Source: Klebsormidium nitens (taxonomy: Eukaryota > Plantae > Klebsormidiophyceae). From it: DNA of 64,000 nucleotides. The notes below the pieces were generated by a model. That model did not search any database. It saw nothing but the letters and a program-made list of their open reading frames with translations, and had not been told where the DNA came from. Below are positions 1 through 10,879 of the stretch, one piece after another (positions within the stretch are counted from its first letter, which is position 1; every line of letters starts with the position of its first letter). A program made the position numbers and the translations under genes. The DNA lies in NCBI GenBank assembly GCA_000708835.1, contig DF236996.1, forward strand, positions 92,397 through 156,396. The letters run 5' to 3'.

Positions 1-222
1 TCGTCGACTCAATTGGCCATACTCATATGGTCCTGTCTATCAGAAGGTATCGCACTTTTTAGCACTGACGACGATCAAAGGCACCCTTGAAGCCAGCGTC
101 AAAACGCGCATATCAATGGATCCTGGTGTCTAACAAAGGGTGGAAAACTGTGTAATTTTGAATCTTATCGCACCCGACGGGCAGCAAATTCTTCTTTAAC
201 CCCTTCTCTACGCTTCGTCCAG

Positions 223-3200
223 ACGACAGCTTCGTCTTCTTCGACGCCAGCAGCGGTAGCCCCCTCTTGTCGACCGCCGCTGTGGCAAAAGGGGCGCTCT
301 CCCTGTCAGCAGCGTTGGGCGAGTCTCTGCCGGTAAGGATCGCACACGAGGATTGTCGCTTTCCCCGTTTACACGTAATTACAACTCAGTGCCCGTCCAA
401 AACATCTTGCCCCCAAGAGGAAGTAGGAATCTACAGGTCTTTCGCGGACCGTTTCGATTTGGCGGCGCATGTTTGAGACATCGGATTGTGCTCGTCAAGA
501 TAGAGCAGTTGTTTGCGGACACTTAATGGGACGCTTGGCCCCACCCCGCCTGTCTGTTACTTGCCTTTGCCGTCTATGCCTGGCGTTTCCATTCCCTCAT
601 TCAGTAAACGCGGTTGATGTCCTACCCTCAAACAAGACCAGGGGAGAACCTACGGTGAAGATTGAACCGAGCCGCCGCCTAGACACGCCTTGTAAAGGGT
701 CTTGCAATCGGAGGCCAGCTTTGAACTTGCCTTTTGGTCCAAGGACTTGCAGGCAGATTCGTTGTGTAGGGAATGCTTGACTACATATGCTCTAATTCTT
801 CTAATCAACAAAGCACTTATCTAGTGTTCGCCTCCACATTGGGTTTTCAGCTTATAAATTTCACATAGAACGTTATTCAATCAAGATAATAATAAGCTCC
901 GGCTAACACTAGAATCCTACCCTGAGAATACGCCTGCTCCGCACCCCTACCCACCCTAACCCCCAAACCAACCTCACCCGACTCAGTGCGCTTACCTTAT
1001 CGTTACCTTGAATTGTTATCTTCTCTTTTGAGTTCGATCTCCAGCCTAAGCAGTGATGGATTCTCTTCCTACTCCCCCCAGATCGTCGAGAAGCTCCCCG
1101 GCGTCGCGCAGTATCTGCTGGCCAGCAAATCCACCAGCTCGCCGGTGCTCCTGTCGGAATTGGTGGACGCCCTTTCGATCATCTCAACCAACAGGTACGC
1201 TTTGAAGTCAAATCAGACTCGAGGCAGAAGCTTCTTCTCCTCTTTTGCCTTCTGCTCCGTTCTGGATAGGATTCATATGATTGCCCAGCGTCCGACAATG
1301 TGCGACTGGCCTCATTCCCCTGCCGTTCGTAGTTGCTCTATTCCTTGCTTTGCTTCATTCTTGACCTGCAGTCCTTGTCCCTTTTCCGTTTTCCTTTTTC
1401 CAATTCCAGTCCCCTTACTCGAAGTCGCTCACTCCCGTCAAATTCCGTTCTTTTAAGGTCCAATTCGCTTCTTAGCATAAGTTGCTCAACTGCACAAACC
1501 TACTCATCGACTATTCTCATCACTTAATTTTCTTCGCCTGTGATTTCCTCCACAGTTTCTCGGTCCCGCTGGTCGTGTCCCTGGCCAAGACGTCTCTGTC
1601 GCTGAAGAGCAACGACAAACTCGAGGTGAGAAGGATAGTTCCGCTCCACACTTTTCTTGTCCCTTGACACCTTTTCCGGGCTCTGCCGTCTTCCCGTTTA
1701 CTAGTGCTCCTCTCGGTCCAACGCCGCTCTTCCCAGTCTCTAGCCGCTTTGCTCTTCCCAATCTGTAGCCACCCCTTACGAGCTCTGCCACTCTTTTCGG
1801 TCTCTAGTCGCTCTTCCTGATCGCTAGCCGCTCTTTCCGGGCCCTGCCAGTGTCTTACCGCTCTGTTGGAATTTAAGCATCCTTTTCGTTTTCTAGCCGC
1901 TCTTCTCGGTATCTATCCACTCACTCCAAAATTTCGGTTTGTCAAGCTCAGGTCCTTCTGCTTAGGAAGGACCGACGGATCTAGGCCACCTTTCTGCTTT
2001 ACATGAATATTGCTTTAGCCTGTCCTTTAAGAATGGTTCAAACTCCTTCCCCCTCTTTCTTGTCTCCTTTTGCAAAGCGCTGGCACCCACCTCTGATTGT
2101 CTCCGTTCAACACGACTGGCTCTCGGGGTTCTGGGTTCCCCATAGCTGCAAAGTTTAAGTCTGAACTCTCGGCTATCCCTTTGACCCTGGGAATTTTGCG
2201 TCTGAGAACGATGTGGACAAGTCTCGACGGCGCTGAAATCCCCATCCGCAGGTGTCTGTGAGCACGCCGCTCGGCGCCCCCGTTGCGGCGCCCGTCACGC
2301 TCAAGCGCGCCAAGCGAGCGGGGGCAGAGAACGCGCTCTTTACAAACGAGGTGAGCAAAACAAGCCTAGCATGATATCTTCTCCTTGGACTCTCGCTTCC
2401 ACTTCCCCAGCAAAACCCGCTGAGGCAATGTATTAATCTTCCCAGTTACTCGCAAGCGCGCCAATAGGTCGGAGCGCCAATCGAACGCAGTGACCAACCA
2501 ATCCTAATGCTCTGATCTCCTCTCCTGTATGTGTTTTCTCTGATCTGATTGTCCGCACTCAATATAGTCTGGGTTTTCACCTTCATCTATCAATTTGCTG
2601 GAGATCCTCTTGGACGTGTTGGACAAGCGCCTGCCCGTACCTTGCCGCTCATGCATCTCCTAACAGGCCTCAGCTTCCCTTCCGACGGATGCGCTGCGAT
2701 ACAAACATAATAGGGGGACGCTAAAACGACCCGATCCTGGTGGAAAAGGTCAACGTAACGTGTAACATCGTCTTTCCACCCGGTCTATAGCATATCCAAC
2801 ATACGACAACGCTACGCGTATCGTCTTATGCCTTCCGGTCGTTTCGATGCGAGACCTCCAATATCCCAACTACTCAAGCAAGTACCTGATTCTAATTCCT
2901 AAGTCTCCTCGGATGAGACCTAAGCGCGGGAACCAATCCCTGAGCAATTATTCTGAACGGTGTGGCTAAGTCCGACTTTGGGTCCGCAAGTCCAACGGCC
3001 TTTGGTCACCTTTGGTTACCCAGCCGTCAAAAATAAGCCCTGAAGAGACAAAGCTCGATCCGCCATCCTCGAATGTTGTTTCACTCTGCGGATTCCTTCA
3101 CGTGGTTTGCGGGGTGTTTCATACAAAGCCGTGAAAATAACCCGGGTTTCCTGGATTTACCGTGGTTTTGCGGGTCACTGCACTTCAAACCTGCAGGTTG

Positions 3201-6200
3201 GTAGCTGTTCGGGTCCTACTCACGATGGTCAGGGGCACTCCTCGTAAAAGCGGAAACGTATGGATGAGGGGTTCATCTTTTCTTTGGAAGCTCACAGGTC
3301 TGCTTACGTGTTTCTGCAGAACCTTGAGGGCGGGGCGTTTGACTTCTTAGCCTCCAAGCCGGCGGTTGGGAAGTACACGCTAGTCCTTGAGGTGAGAAAG
3401 GGACGGTCTCCCTTCTTTTCTGTGGGCTTTCGTAAAGCTTGAACGCTGTCTCCGCGGCGTCGATCAACAGATAGCTTCGTTTTGTGAGGCCAGGCGTCAG
3501 ATGTTCACCCTTGTGGAAAACTACGGTGTAGGGACTCACAATCTTAATATTCGATCTGCCACAGCTCTGAAATTGAAAGGATGCTTTTCAGGCGTCCGAG
3601 GACGAAATCTGGTTGCTTTCAGCACAAGGGACCAGATATTTCCGAAGACCTTTCCCGCTCGCTCTCACCAGCTAGATGCTTCGAGACTGACTTAGGCATC
3701 GTCAGCTCCTTTTCTGCCAGAAGCCGAATCTAAAAGTCAAAGTTACTTTTGGGAAGCCCGTTGCTCTCCCAAAAAATGGATGCGGACGTCCATACTTCAG
3801 CGACGTGCCTGAGGACTGCCAACCCTACGAAGCTCTTGTTTACACATCGCAGTTGCTGTGCTTTGCGCAACGAAAGGCACTGCTGGTTTTGCATAGCCCG
3901 CAGTCACTCCTCGTTCTCTTTGCACAACTGGTGGTGCTCCTAGCATACGCAAAATCACTGCTAGTTTCCTTTGCCTAACGTGTAAAAACGCACTGATGAT
4001 TGTTTTCGCAGGTCGAGGCGCCGGAGAGGCACGCCGTCGTCAGCCCCGTCAAGAAGGAGCTGCGGGTTCTCGGGAGTGCTACGGTGTCTGACGTCATGCT
4101 GACCGTGGAGGACGATGGCGGCGCCAAGAAGGAACACAAGTGAGGATCGGTCAAGAGGAAGGTGCTGAAGCTTAACGCCTTGGAACAAAAGATAAATCGA
4201 GTGAACAGATGCCAGACTGACGAAAGAGCATTGGTCCGTCGGGTGAACTGATTACCTTCCTGTGCTATCGGAAAGTTTATGATTCAGTGCCCATGTTTGC
4301 GATTCATATCGGTGGTAAAATTGCAACAACCATTTCCGCTAGGGTGCACGCCTTCTCAGGTGCCTATCTGAGCGCAAAGGTTGGCGTTGAATAGTGATTG
4401 AGCATCTACTCTTCACAGTCCCCTGCTGGGATCAACCATAGCTTTCTAAACAGTTTGCAGTTGGCTGTAGAGCCACAAAATTGCAAGCCGTTTCTGAAAC
4501 ACTGACGATACCAAGATCAAAGCTCTCCTTTCTGTGTGTGTGTTCTGACTTTGCCGTCTCTAGACGTCTGGCTCGGCCGTTCTTGACCTTCCCATCTCCG
4601 GCACCCCGGCTTCTGAAGGACCTTTCATGGACGGCAACTTCTGTGTTGAGGACCCAACATTGGAAAGCCGCAATTCTTAATCGAAGCCGCCCCTTCTGCT
4701 CAGCAAGCGCATCTCGTTCATTCGTTCTTTTTGCACGGGGCAAGCCTGCGGGCGAGCGTATAAACCATACTCAAGCAACTCCCATCGAAAGGAGAGGCTT
4801 TTCTGAATCGTTTCTAACCGGAGATGCTCGTTCCATTCTTCAGGGTGCCCGCCTCCAAGGACAGCTTCAGGGCCGCCAAGGTGTCTGCAACGCACAGCGA
4901 CAAGCTGGGCCTCCAATTCAAGGTCATCGGGCCCGACGGCGCCGCTTTTGCGCCTCAGCAGGTAACCTCTTCACCTGCATTGGCCAACGTATGCTTCATT
5001 CCGAGAATTGAGCCGCTGTGCCATCCTGTGCGGTAGTAATTTTGTTCTTTGATTCCTCACGGAGGAGTCCTTGCCGCACTCTGTACTGTCGTCTCTCACT
5101 CGGTCGCTTGGACCCTTTATTGTATGCGTGATGCTTTCGCTTCTCTCGTCAGTAAAGTCACATACTCTGCTGGCAAAGGAAAAGCATAATCTGCACGCAT
5201 GACGATCTTGTAATTGCAACTGGACCGGTCAGTTTGTGCTTTCGCCCTTAGTGCTGGATTCGGCTCTATCAGCCCCACTCTGAGATCGACATAGAGAGCC
5301 GGACCAGCTTTCTGAGCTGTCCAGTGGTGCCTCGTCTCGTTTTCCTGTCCTTCCGAGTCCCTTTGCGCTCTCCCCTCTTCTCACGATCTCCTGAGATCGG
5401 CCCTCCTGCACATATTTTCGCCCATATCTGCACTTTCGCTTCGTTCTGTCAATAGTCGCAACCCTAGAATCTCGCATGTGTCGCAACTTCCTTTTGTTCT
5501 GACATCTTCTGACCCTAGAATCTTACATGGATTGCGACTGCCCTTTGTTCGGTCATAATCTTAACCCTAGAATCATACGTGGATCGCAATTTCCCTTTGC
5601 TGGGTTGCAATCTTAGCCCTAGAATCTTACGTGGATCGCAACTTTCCTTTCCTGGGTCGTAATCTTAACCCTAGAATCTTACGTGGTCCGCAACTTCTTC
5701 ATCTTTTGTCGTAATCTCAACCCCAGTGTCTCACATGGACAATTTTCCTGCTCGGCAGACGTTCGTCCGCCTGGCTCACAAGTCTGGTGTGGACGCCCTC
5801 TTCCCGGCCAAGGGCGCTGGCGGCGCGTACAGCTTCGAGCTGGTAAGAGCAAAGTTGTCCGCTCGCTTTTCTGGAACCAACAACTTCCGACCTGTCCGCT
5901 CGTCCTCTTCTCGGTTTTTGTGACTGTTAACACGCGCTGGCCTCGTGTCGACTCAAAAGGCCCAAAGATCGATTTCGCTTCTTGGAAGGAGCATTTTTGA
6001 TACTGAAAGCAGTTTGGAGGAGGTACATAACTGCTAAGCGACAAATCAGGGACGGTATCGTACCTTTATTGAGTTGCACTTGGAAGGTGCGATTTGGGAA
6101 GCAAGTTTTTCAGGTCAATTCTTGAATTGGGATCTAAGAAGGACAAGTCCTGCTGTGCGTATTCTTATGCCGCTACAGCCCCACTGTTACGCTTGAGAAC

Positions 6201-8470
6201 GGCTTAGGCACGTTTACGCATTCCTTTGATGGGCGACAGAACCAGCCCTTGGTTTCGACCCTGCTCAAGAATATACTATTCGTTTGCAAGCTCCCCCGAA
6301 ATGACATTGAGAGATAGTGATTGCTTATCTGAGGGAGAAGACCCTACCTGTGGATCTGTTGGGATCCTTCATTTGCCCTCGACCTAAATCCTTAGGATCC
6401 AACGAACGCTGCGTCCGTTGTGCAGGGCCTTGGGGAAGTCCGCGACAAGATGTACCACCAGTCGGGAGCTTACACGTTGGAGCTTATCTTGGGGGATCCC
6501 TTCATCGTGAGCTTCTGTTACTACCTGCTTTCATTTCGTACCGCTGATCAGTCTGCGGTCTTTTGGACAAAGGCGTGTAGGGCTGAAGGATACCGCATGC
6601 AACGTCAAGAATCGCATGCAGGATGCTGCTGTTGCGATCCTGTCCGGGTAAAACTGTTTTCAGTTGCCGTTGTGGACCCCTTTGAGGATCCACAAAGTTC
6701 TCATTGCCTCCATACAAGACCCTACTGTAGAGGTTTGCCATGCTGCTTTCCACTAGAAATACAACTATCCGAGCGTATGGTACACGGTTAACCCTCGGCT
6801 TACAATAAACTTCCTCCCTGCAGGAAAACTCGCTCCATACCGTAGTCGCAAACCTAGACCTCAAGCTGCCCCCGGCCCCCGAGGGCGCCCCGCCGCCGCC
6901 CGCCGACCTCAGCGAGGACGTCGCACCCCCCGCCGAGATCGCGCACATTTTCCGGGAGCCGGATAAGCGGCCCCCCACAGCGGTGTCGACGCTTTTCACC
7001 GCGCTGTCGCTCGTGCCCTTCGTTGGATTACTGATCGGGGTGAGCCGTAACCCGTTTCGGAACCGATCAATCCCGTTCTGTTACCCTTTTTGGTCAGCTA
7101 TGCTTGGGTCAAGTTCGAGGGTCGTGAATCATGGGAGAGCCGTCCTCTGCACGGTGACAGCTGTCAAACCTGTCCTGTCGCATTTGCCTTAATGGTCGAT
7201 TATCAGGGTAAGCGCTGACTCGTTGCCTTTCAAGAACACACGGGCTGCTGAGGGCTTCCTGCCGGCCCTTCCGTTTTCGTTCTACTTAGCAAATGCTCTG
7301 CCTGAGTGCTGACTGGAACTTCTGAGTTGGAAACGAACATTGAGTGGAAACGCTGCAAACCCTTTCGAACCCCATTCCGAGCATCTCTCGTTTTTAACAA
7401 ACGTCTTGGATTTTCTCTCAAGTGTCTCCTTCCCCCAAACCGATCTCGTGTGCTAAGTGCGCCTACGTTTGATCGAATCTGCTATGGCAGCGGGCTACGT
7501 AGAAGTCATTGGGGAGGCTTGTATTGCAAACACAATGGGTACTCCTCAAGGGAGCGTTCTAAGCCCTCTGCTGTGCAATATCCTCCTGAATGAATTAGAC
7601 TTAGCCCGCCTTTGTCGCTGCAGTTTGCCGCGTTGGGCGTCAGCTTCAAGGGCTTCCCCAGCAGCGGCCCCGCCCTCATCAGCGCAGTCATGTTCCACAC
7701 GGGCCTCGCTGCGATCGCGGGGCTCTACGTCGTCTTCTGGTTGAAAGTGAGTGCGCTAAACCAGCCCAGCCCAAAAAAAAAGGGCGTTTTGAGATGCGTG
7801 ACGCCTTGGCGACGAGATACTGTGCAAGTGGGGACAGTGGTCGCTGGAGGGCAAGATGCAACGTGGTCTGTCGATGACAAGTTTGCCCAGGACCTAGATG
7901 CTAGTAGTCCGTTTTTGTGATCTGATGTCCCCTTTGAGGGGGGCTTCTTAAGAAGGTGCCAAGTGCTGGGAAAAGCAATTGCTCGTCAACTGCCTTCGGG
8001 GTTGTGCGGGTGACTAGCTTTGATATAAGTTTGATGAGGTCAGATGCGGAGGGTTCAAGGAGGATCGAGAGTCTTTGGCGTTCCGAAGGCTAATATTTGA
8101 CAAGGACAAACGTGTCTTGTCAGGCACGTTTGGCCGGCAGCTTTTTGAGATTCATTTCATGCTTGTGGTCCTTACAAAATCAAGCGTAAGCTTTTTCAAG
8201 GGCTAGGTGGATGTTCCAACACGTTGATTCTGAGATTTACCGTCCTCTTTTCTTGTGTTTCGTGGGACTGATCATCATCTGAACCTGTCCTTTGGGTGGA
8301 TTTGTGAGAAACTTCTGAACATTTCATTGACAAATTCGTTTCGTCTTGCTTTGGTGCAGTTGAACCTGTTCCAAGTTTTGGGAGCATTAGCCGTTTTATC
8401 GGTGTTCACAGCATTCTCGGGGCACTTCATTTTGTCGTCGTTAGCAGACTCGAAAGTAAAAACGGCCTAG
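223..8470 (+). CDS. RPN2: Ribophorin II (oligosaccharyltransferase subunit 2), 3' part; 5' exons lie upstream of the window
   Basis: 12 GT-AG exons with consistent phases: 223-332, 1082-1194, 1556-1625, 2252-2350, 3320-3391, 4012-4139, 4844-4961, 5759-5842, 6426-6506 (alternative in-frame acceptor ~6396 possible), 6824-7039, 7624-7746, 8360-8470 (TAG). The spliced protein has FSVPLVVSL, GKYTLVLE, AEIAHIFREPDKRPP, three TM segments (LSLVPFVGLLIG; AVMFHTGLAAIAGLYVVFWLK; LNLFQVLGALAVLSVF) and the tail LADSKVKTA*. This is collinear with plant RPN2/HAP6 as I recall it. Confidence 0.95.
908..980. repeat. Short dispersed C-rich, telomere-like element (copy 1, RPN2 intron)
   Basis: actagaatcctaccctgagaatacgcc...cccctacccaccctaacccccaaaccaacctcacccg aligns over ~70 bp with 42567-42641. 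Confidence 0.6.
1735..1910. repeat. Degenerate ~20-bp pyrimidine-rich repeat in RPN2 intron
   Basis: Recurring tctagccgctctt(c/t) variants near 1737, 1802, 1822 and 1891. Confidence 0.5.
5461..5726. repeat. 51-52 bp minisatellite, about 5 units, in RPN2 intron
   Basis: The accctagaatc anchor recurs at 5461, 5512, 5564, 5616, 5668 and (degenerate) 5720. Consensus is approximately accctagaatcttacgtggatcgcaactttcctttcctgggtcgtaatctta. Confidence 0.9.
7463..7600 (+). mobile_element. Fragment of a group II intron reverse transcriptase/maturase inside a spliceosomal intron
   Basis: Translates to LRLIESAMAAGYVEVIGEACIANTMGTPQGSVLSPLLCNILLNELD. This matches the group II RT pattern L.LI...LKAGY.E...GTPQGS.LSPLL.NI.L.ELD. 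It lies in RPN2 intron 7040-7623; no YADD motif or flanking RT domains are present. Confidence 0.85.
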
Positions 8471-9099
8471 CTAGAGCAATCCGCTCTTGTAACCAAGCTA
8501 AGCGCTCCGATTAGGGGCAAAGAGATCCTATTCAGCTTTCTTGGTGAGAGGTCGACATTGTGCTCTACTTGCTCAAGTCGATGTTAAGTTGAGAAGGAAA
8601 GGAACATGGTTTTGGACGAAGATTACCAGAAGTACTCTCAACCATGCGCTGTGTGACGATCATCGGAAAGACCTTTGCGTGGTTACTGCAAGGTTACTAC
8701 AAATTTGTCTTTTCGGAATTGAGGTCTTCCAGACTTGATCATTTTTTTCAAGATCAACGTGAATGGTTGAAGGCCATGGCATGGGCACAGTGTGGATTGC
8801 AACTGGTATCGTTAACTCATTTGCAACCTCTTGCATAAAGTTTCAGATGCAATTACGGGGCAAGTCTTGCAGATTCAAAACGCTGACGATCAGAGCCTTG
8901 TAGACAACCGGAGATGCTGCAACCTACACCGCGAATGCTGGTTGGCATGGACCGTCAAAGGCAGGATAATCGACTGAAGGCCGTTGAACGTTTTGCATGC
9001 AAGGCGCGCGCAAGAATTGCCAGGCTTCATCTATCTTTGCGCAAGCATGATCCGAAAACACGACCCGGACTTCTGACAACTGCAAATGATTGGGAAACA

Positions 9100-9180
9100 G
9101 ACCAATAGGCGAAAAATCTGTCAGATCGAACATGCGCGGCCCAATCAGAATGCTCGTATTGACCACGTGGTGCACGTGGC
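9100..9180 (+). promoter_or_regulatory. Putative promoter elements upstream of the bestrophin gene (two G-boxes, CCAAT boxes)
   Basis: CACGTG at 9164-9169 and 9173-9178 (the second reads ACGTGGC, ABRE-like); CCAAT near 9102 and 9141; about 600 bp upstream of ATG 9773. Confidence 0.35.
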
Positions 9181-9772
9181 ACGCCCTTTCGTCTTGGGCA
9201 CATTTCGACTCCGATTTTCGAGTCCTAGACCGTAGACGGTTTGCGACTCAATCCGCTTTAATTCATGTGCAAGCAATTCTCAGACAGTCCTGCTGCCTCC
9301 TGCATAGGATACATCACATTCACAGGTCAGCACAGTGGCGTGCAATGTGCATCCTGCAAGGGGTCTGAGGAAAGAAGGGATTGCCGGATTGGACGCCACC
9401 CAGTTGAGTGAACACCTCGGGCGTTTGGGGCAGGTCTCAAGGAAGTAGAGTCTGGACAGAGATTCAAAGGAAGGGATGCAAGCTGCTGCACCGCTTGCTC
9501 CTCCATCGATTCACGCTCACTCTGTGTAGCATTGCCCATATTGGTGCTGGAGCCCTCTTAGTCAGTCCAGGACTTGGGCTCAGACTCCATTTCCAACCAC
9601 TTGCGCTTGTTTGGCGAGCAATCAGCGGCTGCCATTGTTTTCCAGCCAGATGTCTTATCTTAGCAACAAGTAGGAAGCCAGCATCGGTTGATACAAAGAG
9701 CTGTGGGCAAAAACTGAAGAAGACTCTGGAGTTGCATTATGAAGCCTCGATAAGCAGCGATAGACAGCTCCA

Positions 9773-10879
9773 ATGAACGCCCCAAAGATCGACCCGGAGC
9801 CCCTCCTGGAATACCTCCAGGACGAGACCAAGAAGACCATCTTTGACTTTGTGCGCTGGGCGACGCACCGCAACACGCGCCGCTACGCGCGCCACGTCAG
9901 CGGCCTGTGGCGCTCAGGGATCATCCGCTCGCTGCGCTCCCCGCTCCTCTTCGTCTTCTTCTCCTCCCTCTCGCTAGTTCTCTACCACACCGCCAAGGAC
10001 CGCGCCTGGATTTCACCGTCCTTTCCTACGCTCTCCCTCTCCAGCACGCAGCCCTTCACGCTTTCGTCATTAGCGCTGTCCCTCTTGCTTGTCTTCCGGA
10101 CCAATGCTTCGTATGCAAGGTTCGACGAGGCGCGGACAATCCTGGGAGCGATTCTGTGCCGCACGCGGCATTTAGCGAGGCAGGGGCTAGCGTGGATCGA
10201 CCCAAAGGATGCTGACCTCATCGCTTTGCTGGAGCGGTGGACGATTGCATTCACTTTTGCGCTGGCGGTGCATCTGAGGCCGGACGGCGACGTCCGGAAG
10301 GAGCTACAGGGTGTCCTTCTGCCGTCCGAATTGGCAGCCCTTGAGGAAGCTGAGCACAAGCCCAGTTTCGTCCTGAGTGTTCTTCAGCACATTCTGCCGC
10401 AGGCGGGGGTGTCGGATTACCTTCAGGGGTGCATGAACGAGAGCCTGGCGCAACTAGAGACGTCGCTCGGGTCGTGCGAGCGGATCTTCAACACCCCCAT
10501 CCCGCTTATGTACACACGTCACACGTCGCGGTTCCTCATGCTCTGGATTGGGATCATTCCGTTCATGATGTGGGAGGCCTGCGGTTTTGCAAGCCTGATC
10601 CTGAGCCCTGCGATCGCGTTCTTCTTGCTGGGGATAGAGGAGATCGGGGTGCAAATAGAGGAGCCGTTCAGTATTCTTCCCATAACGTACATAGCTTCGG
10701 TCGCGGAGCGCAACATTCGGGAGATGGTTAAGAAGAGGGAGCTGACAAGGGGCATTGTTGGCAGGGGCAGAAGGGGAGTTTCTTGGGAAGGGGGTCTAGG
10801 GGGTCCGCTCGATGGGGTCATGAACGGGTGCAATGCTGTCAGTGGACAGCAGAGCGAGGGGCACTTCGAAAGAGCGTAA
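9773..10879 (+). CDS. Bestrophin-like / UPF0187 anion channel (VCCN/YneE type), single exon, 368 aa
   Basis: Uninterrupted ORF with family motifs W..HR...RY..H, LSLLLVFRTNASYARFDEAR, YTRHTSRFL and LLGIEEIGVQIEEPF, plus hydrophobic TM segments. Confidence 0.92.
   Translation: MNAPKIDPEPLLEYLQDETKKTIFDFVRWATHRNTRRYARHVSGLWRSGIIRSLRSPLLFVFFSSLSLVLYHTAKDRAWISPSFPTLSLSSTQPFTLSSLALSLLLVFRTNASYARFDEARTILGAILCRTRHLARQGLAWIDPKDADLIALLERWTIAFTFALAVHLRPDGDVRKELQGVLLPSELAALEEAEHKPSFVLSVLQHILPQAGVSDYLQGCMNESLAQLETSLGSCERIFNTPIPLMYTRHTSRFLMLWIGIIPFMMWEACGFASLILSPAIAFFLLGIEEIGVQIEEPFSILPITYIASVAERNIREMVKKRELTRGIVGRGRRGVSWEGGLGGPLDGVMNGCNAVSGQQSEGHFERA

Noticed and set aside
986-1456. 156-aa ORF as a standalone gene
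   Set aside because: It is RPN2 exon 1082-1194 read through into flanking intron sequence.
4432-4743. SFDLGIVSVSET resembling a LINE APE-endonuclease motif
   Set aside because: A single short motif with no other endonuclease or RT motif nearby; compatible with chance.
6590-6760. HEAT-like phrase LIASIQDPTVEVCHAAF in an RPN2 intron
   Set aside because: Flanked by stops, a single weak repeat and no splice support.
6502-6999. 165-aa minus-strand ORF
   Set aside because: Antisense shadow of the GC-rich RPN2 exon 6824-7039.
7040-7623. The RPN2 intron as an intact group II intron
   Set aside because: Ordinary GT-AG ends, no recognisable domain V/VI and no YADD; only a 46-codon RT piece is present.
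9907-10833. Several overlapping ORFs on both strands inside the bestrophin gene
   Set aside because: Alternate-frame and antisense shadows of a GC-rich CDS.
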